This document shows positions 58,318 to 64,000 of a stretch of 64,000 bases of DNA, piece by piece (the stretch's first letter is position 1; the number at the start of each line of letters is the position of its first letter). The stretch comes from Cryomorphaceae bacterium. Lineage in GTDB: Bacteria; Bacteroidota; Bacteroidia; Flavobacteriales; Schleiferiaceae. Position numbers and translations under genes: made by a program. The notes beneath the pieces are model-generated. The model was given only the letters and a program-made list of their open reading frames with translations, made no database searches and was not told the DNA's origin. Location of the stretch: positions 111,998 through 175,997 of the forward strand of contig WTIZ01000041.1 in the NCBI GenBank assembly GCA_011525035.1, written 5' to 3'.

Positions 58318-58667
58318 TAAAAAGGACGCTCTGAAAGTTTCGAGAAGTATATCCCCGTAAGTAATAGGATCATCAACAGAAAGTAGAGCGCAAGGTTGGT
58401 GCGTTTGATTTTACTCAACCAAAAGTCTTCGCTTTCCTTTCCGGTCATGATGGTCGGGTAGAGTAGCGGTAAGATCATAAAACTCTCTTTCCACCATTCA
58501 AGGTCTTTTTTATTCGAAAAATTGCGCGTGTAGAAATCTTTCCAGCTTCCCGCTTTCTTCTTGTTCTTTACTCTCAAGTATTGAAAATGCAGGGCCCATT
58601 TGTAACTGTACACGCCGAGCAGGAACAATGCGGTAAGAATGAATTGTAAGCTTTGACCGAATGTCAT
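58317..58667 (-). CDS. Small integral membrane protein (about 3 TM segments), unknown function
   Basis: 116 aa with hydrophobic segments at both ends and the middle. Start and stop overlap the neighbouring genes (4 nt with GT2, 1 nt with the CCA gene), consistent with operon membership. Confidence 0.55.
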   Translation of the reverse strand: MTFGQSLQFILTALFLLGVYSYKWALHFQYLRVKNKKKAGSWKDFYTRNFSNKKDLEWWKESFMILPLLYPTIMTGKESEDFWLSKIKRTNLALYFLLMILLLTGIYFSKLSERPF

Positions 58668-59410
58668 TTGATTCGCAATTTATTTACTTCGATGTAGCGC
58701 CATTTAACAGCTCTATACATCCACAAGGCATATTCAAAACCTCTGGAGCCGTCAAAAATACCGCCTTTTATGATGTAGTGCCTGAAAAATCTCCAAGAAG
58801 GTTTCACATTCAAATAATATGGGCCAATTCTACCTACTTTCTTTTCGTAGTCCAAAGCTTGCCGCTTGGCATAGGTTCTAAATTTCTGCTCCCAGTGCAT
58901 TGCATTCTTGTAGGTGTAATGAAGTAAATTACCCTTCAGTCGTTTGGAAGAAGAGCGCACCTTTTCGTGCACGTTTAATTCTTCATATTTCACCCCCTTA
59001 GGTAGAAGTCGAACCACGTAATCATTTTGCAGTCCGCTGAAATTCATCCTTTTACCTTTGAAAAAATGCACGCGCTTAAAGGAGTAAGGGTGTTGCTCGT
59101 GGTGTTCGCTTTGTTTCCACTCTTTGAGCGATTCAATGAGCTCAGCGGTACATACTTCATCACAATCGACCACTAGGATCCAAGGGTGCTGGCATTTTTC
59201 TAACCCCCAGTTGCGCTGTTCACCCCAGTTTTTGAGCGGCCGGTGGTATACGTGAGCACCGGCACTTTCGGCTATTTGAACGGTTGAATCGGTAGATCCA
59301 GAATCTATTACCACGATTTCGTCCGCAATAGATTTTATGCTCTCGAGCGATTGCCCAAAGACATCTTCCTCATTAAAGCTGAGGTATAGTATGCTTAGGG
59401 CAGTGCTCAT
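58664..59410 (-). CDS. Family 2 glycosyltransferase
   Basis: 248 aa. N-terminal LSILYLSFNEE...VIDSGSTD and VVDCDE (DxD-type) motifs. Confidence 0.85.
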   Translation of the reverse strand: MSTALSILYLSFNEEDVFGQSLESIKSIADEIVVIDSGSTDSTVQIAESAGAHVYHRPLKNWGEQRNWGLEKCQHPWILVVDCDEVCTAELIESLKEWKQSEHHEQHPYSFKRVHFFKGKRMNFSGLQNDYVVRLLPKGVKYEELNVHEKVRSSSKRLKGNLLHYTYKNAMHWEQKFRTYAKRQALDYEKKVGRIGPYYLNVKPSWRFFRHYIIKGGIFDGSRGFEYALWMYRAVKWRYIEVNKLRIK

Positions 59411-60234
59411 TATACGGCAACGTTGTGTGTGCGCAATGCGTCGTTCAACGAAGTCTTTTTATCCGTACTCTCTTTACGCTGTCCAATGATTAATGCACAA
59501 GGTACATTGTAGGTGCCTGCTGGGAATTCCTTAGGCATCGTTCCTGGGATGACTACACTGCGTGCGGGAACACGGCCACGGTATTCCTTTGGCTCGCTAC
59601 CGCTTACGTCAATAATTTTTGTTGAGGCTGTCAAGACAACGTTTGCCCCTAGAACGGCCTCTTTTTCTACTCGTACACCTTCAACAACAATACAACGCGA
59701 ACCGATGAAACAATCGTCTTCAATAATCACCGGTGCTGCTTGTAATGGTTCCAATACACCGCCAATTCCTACTCCACCGCTAAGGTGAACGTTCTTGCCA
59801 ATCTGTGCACAAGAACCTACGGTTGCCCAAGTATCGACCATTGTGCCGCTTTCAACGTGTGCACCAATGTTTACGTAAGAAGGCATCATGACTACACCTG
59901 CCTCGATGAATGAGCCGTGACGTGCTACGGCATGAGGAACGACGCGTACACCCTTCTCTGCATAATTGCGCTTGAGTGGAATTTTATCGTGAAATTCAAA
60001 AGGACCGACCTCAATAGTCTCCATTTTTTGGATGGGGAAGTACAAAACCACGGCTTTCTTAACCCACTCGTTGACTTGCCAGCCGTTTTCTGTAGGCTCA
60101 GCAACGCGAAGTGTACCTGCATCGAGTGCATCTACCACAGCGCGCACTGCGTTTTGAGTTTCTTCCTGTTGAAGCAGTTCTCTTTGCTCCCAAGCTTGTT
60201 CTATGACAGCTCTAATATCCTTCATCTTGTTCAT
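59410..60234 (-). CDS. dapD: 2,3,4,5-tetrahydropyridine-2,6-dicarboxylate N-succinyltransferase
   Basis: Left-handed beta-helix hexapeptide repeats (IGKNVHLSGGVGIGGVLEP, IEDDCFIGSRCIVVEGV). I place the start at ATG 60234 or 60225 (M(NKM)KDIRAVIEQAWEQR). The track start at 60396 would overlap the divergent ruvX. Confidence 0.9.
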   Translation of the reverse strand: MNKMKDIRAVIEQAWEQRELLQQEETQNAVRAVVDALDAGTLRVAEPTENGWQVNEWVKKAVVLYFPIQKMETIEVGPFEFHDKIPLKRNYAEKGVRVVPHAVARHGSFIEAGVVMMPSYVNIGAHVESGTMVDTWATVGSCAQIGKNVHLSGGVGIGGVLEPLQAAPVIIEDDCFIGSRCIVVEGVRVEKEAVLGANVVLTASTKIIDVSGSEPKEYRGRVPARSVVIPGTMPKEFPAGTYNVPCALIIGQRKESTDKKTSLNDALRTHNVAV

Positions 60235-60287
60235 TCTTATGTGCGGTTCAAATTTAATGCTTCCTACGGAAAGACTACCTTTGAACC

Positions 60288-60686
60288 ATGGCGAAAGTAT
60301 TGGCTTTAGATATAGGAGGTAGACGCACTGGAATGGCAGAGACCGATCCGCTCGGGATGATGGCTTTTCCCTTAAAAACAGTGGATACAGGTTCACTCAT
60401 GGCAGTACTAGAAGAATATGTGGCTGCGGAAGGAACTCAAACTATGGTCATTGGGAAGCCGGCTATTGCCACGGACAGTACTGAAATTATCGACCTTTGG
60501 GCGGCAAAAATCCACAAGCGTTGGCCGCTGATGGAGATTGTTTTTGTCGATGAGGATTTTACGTCCAAAGAGGCTTCACAAATGCTAATAATGGGGGGTA
60601 TGAAGAAATCCAAACGCAAGGAAAAAGGCGCCTTGGATAAAGTTGCTGCCTCCCTCATTTTAGAGCGTTATTTAGCCATGCACTAA
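60288..60686 (+). CDS. ruvX: Holliday junction resolvase-like protein RuvX (YqgF)
   Basis: 132 aa. LALDIGGRRTGMA, VDEDFTS and ASLILERYL are typical of YqgF. Confidence 0.9.
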   Translation: MAKVLALDIGGRRTGMAETDPLGMMAFPLKTVDTGSLMAVLEEYVAAEGTQTMVIGKPAIATDSTEIIDLWAAKIHKRWPLMEIVFVDEDFTSKEASQMLIMGGMKKSKRKEKGALDKVAASLILERYLAMH

Positions 60687-60717
60687 CTATCTTTGCAGTC
60701 AAGATTAAGATTCAATT

Positions 60718-61290
60718 ATGATATTACCGGTAGTAGCTTATGGCGATCCCGTTTTAAGCAAGATGGCGGAAGAAATTGACCAGGATTACCCGGGTTTAGA
60801 GCCGCTCATTGCTAATATGTACGAGACGATGTACAATGCGCAGGGTGTTGGTTTAGCAGCTCCTCAGATTGGCAGAAGCATCCGCTTGTTTGTTATTGAC
60901 GCGAGTCCATTTGCTCAGGAAGGCGAAGAGGACTACGAAACACTTAAGAACTTTAAGAAGACCTTTATCAACCCTATTATCATTGAAGAAGAAGGTGAAG
61001 AGTGGGGTATGGAAGAAGGCTGTTTGAGTATTCCGGATGTACGTGAAACCGTATACCGCAAAGAAAAATTGGTCATCGAATACTACACTGAAGACTGGAA
61101 GTTGGTTGAAGAAACGTATACGGGGCTTGCCGCACGCGTGATTCAACACGAATACGATCACATTGAGGGTGTGCTATTTACGGATTACCTCAAGCCGTTG
61201 AGAAAACGACTGATCAAAGGGAAATTGGGCAGCATTGAGCGTGGCGATATTTCCATTGATTACCCAATGAAATTTCCGAAGCGTCGATGA
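60718..61290 (+). CDS. def: Peptide deformylase
   Basis: GVGLAAPQIG, EGCLSIP and QHEYDHIEG motifs. Confidence 0.95.
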   Translation: MILPVVAYGDPVLSKMAEEIDQDYPGLEPLIANMYETMYNAQGVGLAAPQIGRSIRLFVIDASPFAQEGEEDYETLKNFKKTFINPIIIEEEGEEWGMEEGCLSIPDVRETVYRKEKLVIEYYTEDWKLVEETYTGLAARVIQHEYDHIEGVLFTDYLKPLRKRLIKGKLGSIERGDISIDYPMKFPKRR

Positions 61291-61796
61291 GAATTGCCCT
61301 CCTAGCATTATTTGGGTTAATTTCTTGTGCAGCCCCGGAGTCTGATGACCAGGGCCAACAAGCGACAGTTGCTGTGAGTGATTCGGCTCTCTACTATTTC
61401 GGTCGAATAGACAGTGGTATTGCGACGAGTGAAGAGCTTGAATTTGCGAAGAAGCACTTTATTTCCGAGGACAGTCTAGTGTTGAGTGATCCAAAGCGAT
61501 TGATGCAAGCAGGTCTTGTATTGATGAGCGGGGGCGAGGACTACCTGTACGGGGTAAACTACTTGATTACTTTGACTAAAAAGTATCCGGAGCACACGTT
61601 TGCGCCGGAGGCAATGATGCAATTGGCTCTGTTTTTTGAAAACAGATTTAACGATAAAGAGCGCTCGAGAAATTATTTGAGAGCATTGATGGATAGATAT
61701 CCAAAACATGAACTTGCGATACAGGCTGAAGCATTGTTGTTGCTGAGTTCGGACGAAGAATTGAATACAATACAAAACTGGTTAAATAAACAATAA
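61287..61796 (+). CDS. TPR-like lipoprotein
   Basis: MRIALLALFGLISCAAP lipobox. The helical repeat region (YLITLTKKYPEHTFAPEAMMQLALFFE...LMDRYPKHELA) resembles YfiO/TPR-type repeats. Confidence 0.6.
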   Translation: MRIALLALFGLISCAAPESDDQGQQATVAVSDSALYYFGRIDSGIATSEELEFAKKHFISEDSLVLSDPKRLMQAGLVLMSGGEDYLYGVNYLITLTKKYPEHTFAPEAMMQLALFFENRFNDKERSRNYLRALMDRYPKHELAIQAEALLLLSSDEELNTIQNWLNKQ

Positions 61797-62210
61797 ATGG
61801 ATTTAAGAACTGTTCTTTCGGTTTCAGGAAAACCCGGTCTTTTTAAACTAATTGCACATCAAAAAAATGGTGTCGTAGTTGAAAGCTTATTGGACGGTAA
61901 GCGTACAGCGATTTCAGCAAATGCCAATGTGAGTTCGCTCGGAGATATCGCAATCTATACCTACGAGGAAGAGGTGCCGCTAAGAGATGTTTTCAAGGCG
62001 ATGGCTGAGGTTACAGAAGGTAAGGAGGCATTGAGCCACAAGAGTTCAAAAGATCAATTGGAAGATTTCTTTGGTGAGGTTTTGCCAAAGTTCGACCAGG
62101 AGCGTGTGTATGCCTCTGATATCAAAAAGGTAGTACAGTGGTTTAATATTCTTGTAAAGAATGATTTGCTCAGTATTCTAGAAGAAGAAGCGAGCGAAGA
62201 AACAGAGTAA
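61797..62210 (+). CDS. DUF5606 domain protein
   Basis: 137 aa. LSVSGKPGLFKLIAHQKNGVVVESLLDGKR matches my recollection of the family that sits between def and mazG in Flavobacteriia. Confidence 0.7.
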   Translation: MDLRTVLSVSGKPGLFKLIAHQKNGVVVESLLDGKRTAISANANVSSLGDIAIYTYEEEVPLRDVFKAMAEVTEGKEALSHKSSKDQLEDFFGEVLPKFDQERVYASDIKKVVQWFNILVKNDLLSILEEEASEETE

Positions 62211-62212
62211 GC

Positions 62213-62998
62213 ATGAATTCAAGAGAGGCCAAATTAGAAGCATTCGGTAGGTTGCTAGATATCATGGATACACTCCGTGCTGAGTGTCCATGGGACCGTA
62301 AGCAAACCTTAGAGAGCTTGCGTCACCTGACCATTGAGGAGACGTATGAGTTGGCCGATGCCATTGAAGAGAACGATTTGAATGAGATCAAGAAAGAGCT
62401 CGGGGATTTGATGCTTCACATGGTGTTTTACTCAAAAATTGGCAGTGAAAAAGGTGCATTCGATGTTGCCGATGTACTGAACAGTGTTTGTGATAAGCTC
62501 ATTCACCGTCACCCCCATATTTATGGTGATGTAGAAGCCACAACTGAAGAAGAGGTTAAGGCGAATTGGGAAGCGATCAAACTCAAGGAAAAGGGTACCA
62601 AGAGTGTTCTTCAAGGTGTGCCGCGGGGGTTGCCTGCACTGGTGAAGTCTATTCGCATCGGAGATAAAGCGCGCGGAGCAGGTTTTGATTGGGACAAACC
62701 GGAGGACGTTTGGGGCAAAATCAAGGAAGAACTCGGAGAGTTTGAGGATAGTCAAAAATCTGGAAATCAAGAAGATATAGAAGGTGAATTTGGTGATTTG
62801 ATGTTCTCATTGATCAACTTCGCTCGACTGAGTGATATCGATCCAGAATTGGCTCTAGAGCGCACGAATAAAAAATTCATTTTTAGATTCACTTACATGG
62901 AGAAACAAGCTGCTAGCCAAGGTAAAGAGCTGTCTTCCATGACTTTAGACGAAATGGAGGTTCTTTGGAATGAAGCCAAGGAGTTGTCCAGAGATTAA
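62213..62998 (+). CDS. mazG: Nucleoside triphosphate pyrophosphohydrolase MazG
   Basis: 261 aa. Two MazG domains (CPWDRKQT...EETYEL.DAIE...ELGDLML and EELGEF...EFGDLMFSL). Confidence 0.92.
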   Translation: MNSREAKLEAFGRLLDIMDTLRAECPWDRKQTLESLRHLTIEETYELADAIEENDLNEIKKELGDLMLHMVFYSKIGSEKGAFDVADVLNSVCDKLIHRHPHIYGDVEATTEEEVKANWEAIKLKEKGTKSVLQGVPRGLPALVKSIRIGDKARGAGFDWDKPEDVWGKIKEELGEFEDSQKSGNQEDIEGEFGDLMFSLINFARLSDIDPELALERTNKKFIFRFTYMEKQAASQGKELSSMTLDEMEVLWNEAKELSRD

Positions 62999-63081
62999 TT
63001 TCGATTGAATTTATTGTTAAATGTGAGATAAAGTAGTCTCATCACTTTAGTGAATACGCTGAAATAGTGTACTTTACAAGT

Positions 63082-63582
63082 ATGAAAACACTCTATCTAA
63101 TTCGACACGCTAAGAGTTCCTGGTCAATTGACGGAATTGAAGACCGTGATAGACCCTTGAAAGGGCGTGGTATTCGAGATGCCCATCTCGTCAGTCAATA
63201 TTTACGTGAAGAAAGCATTAATGCAGACTATTTCAGTATGTGTAGTTCCCCTGCGACCAGAGCATTGCACACTGCCTTAATCTTCGCAAAGAACCTGAGT
63301 GTTCCTGCAAGCAAGGTCGCTATAGACGATGAGTTGTACCATAGTAGTGCAGAAGAAATTCTCGCTGTGGTGCGGAAGACCTCAGACATGTGCGATGCCG
63401 CAATGTATTTCGCGCACAACCCAGGGATCACTGACTTTGTTAATGAAATGACCAGTGCTAGCGTTCGAAACGTTCCAACTACTGGAGTAGTCATCGTTCG
63501 ATTTGACTGTCAACGCTGGGAGGATATAGGGCCAGGGGCCGATTTGATTCAATTTGAGTATCCTAAGCGATTAAAAAATTAA
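63082..63582 (+). CDS. SixA-like histidine phosphatase family protein
   Basis: LYLIRHAKS (RHG-type motif) and FAHNPG. The track start at 63067 is a GTG; the first ATG is at 63082. Confidence 0.75.
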   Translation: MKTLYLIRHAKSSWSIDGIEDRDRPLKGRGIRDAHLVSQYLREESINADYFSMCSSPATRALHTALIFAKNLSVPASKVAIDDELYHSSAEEILAVVRKTSDMCDAAMYFAHNPGITDFVNEMTSASVRNVPTTGVVIVRFDCQRWEDIGPGADLIQFEYPKRLKN

Positions 63583-63585
63583 AGG

Positions 63586-64000
63586 GTGGAACATACTTAT
63601 TTCAACAGAGACATTAGTTGGTTACGCTTCAATGAACGCGTACTGCAAGAGGCGGAGGATCTATCGAATCCCTTGATTGAACGACTGCGTTTTCTCGGAA
63701 TCCATTCCAACAATATGGACGAGTTCTTCCGGGTGCGTTATTCGTTCATCCGTCGTTTGCGACTCAGCGAAGAGCAAGGTTTGGATGAGAATCTGGAAGG
63801 ATTTACTCCTGGAGCGCTATTGTCCAAACTCAGCGAGATTGTAGCCAACCAACAGCAACGGTCTCAAGAAATCTATGACAGCATCAAGGAGGACTTGAAG
63901 CGCTATAAAATTGAGATCATTAATGAGGCACAGTTGACTGCTAAGCAGGAGAATTTTGTGAAGCAATTGTACCGTGAAAAGGTCAGTCCTGCGCTTACCA
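63586..64000 (+). CDS. ppk1: Polyphosphate kinase 1, N-terminal part (runs off the window)
   Basis: The frame is open from GTG 63586 to the window end. YFNRDISWLRFNERVLQEAED...PLIERLRFLGIHSNNMDEFFRVR is the conserved PPK1 N-terminus. It is not in the ORF track because no stop is reached. Confidence 0.85.
   Translation, partial: MEHTYFNRDISWLRFNERVLQEAEDLSNPLIERLRFLGIHSNNMDEFFRVRYSFIRRLRLSEEQGLDENLEGFTPGALLSKLSEIVANQQQRSQEIYDSIKEDLKRYKIEIINEAQLTAKQENFVKQLYREKVSPALT

Noticed and set aside
1-64000. Recurrent octamer GGCCAATT / AATTGGCC, seen for example near 10476, 10171, 20703, 31246, 33045, 37847, 38927, 41147, 43537, 55884, 57045 and 58822. It looks over-represented by eye, suggesting a possible repeat element or uptake/methylation motif.
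   Set aside because: The occurrences I checked lie inside coding regions, although the one near 10476 falls in the tkt/ychF intergenic region once the shorter 10442 start is used. In the sense orientation the coding occurrences mostly read GAA-TTG-GCC (Glu-Leu-Ala) or similar, so codon and dipeptide bias explains them. There are no flanking conserved sequences. A proper k-mer statistic would be needed to say more.
1-64000. Search for tRNA, rRNA, tmRNA/RNase P-size RNAs, CRISPR repeats, prophage or integrative-element borders.
   Set aside because: Apart from 32474-32705, no intergenic region exceeds ~135 bp. No regularly spaced direct repeats, cloverleaf-like sequences, integrase or transposase genes were seen.

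Overview
Densely packed chromosomal window with about 58 protein genes and almost no non-coding DNA. It looks like core genome of a Bacteroidota (Flavobacteriia-like) bacterium. Supporting signs are a DUF3467 gene directly after rpoC, a split transketolase, four proteins ending in type-IX-secretion (T9SS) C-terminal sorting domains, TAnnTTTG-type -7 boxes, no Shine-Dalgarno sequences, and many A-run/hairpin/T-run bidirectional terminators. Content is mostly housekeeping: rpoC 3' end, split tkt, ychF, parE/parC, uvrA, rfbC, mtaB, murB, valS, fused isobutyryl-CoA mutase icmF, xth, rlmB, rmuC, ung, lipA, gatB, lpxK, miaA, CCA-adding enzyme, dapD, ruvX, def, mazG, and the ppk1 5' end. Interspersed are an ECF sigma/anti-sigma module, an O-antigen-ligase/TPR protein, bacillithiol-linked ytxJ and yfiT, and several secreted or T9SS proteins. 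I found no rRNA, tRNA, CRISPR array, transposase, integrase, phage genes or recognisable defence genes. I do not see a convincing novel multi-gene system here. The items most worth a second look are: (1) the only long non-coding gap (32474..32705), which has an attenuator-like layout of mini-ORF, alternative pairing and strong terminator directly in front of an orphan ~124-aa gene; (2) an exported VWA-domain gene nested with 1-11 nt gaps between the two halves of the split transketolase; (3) an unannotated 39-codon Cys-containing lipoprotein ORF overlapping the ytxJ start; (4) T9SS cargo genes butted onto housekeeping operons. All functional calls rest on my recognition of motifs in the supplied translations and on reading the DNA. 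No database search or folding program was run.
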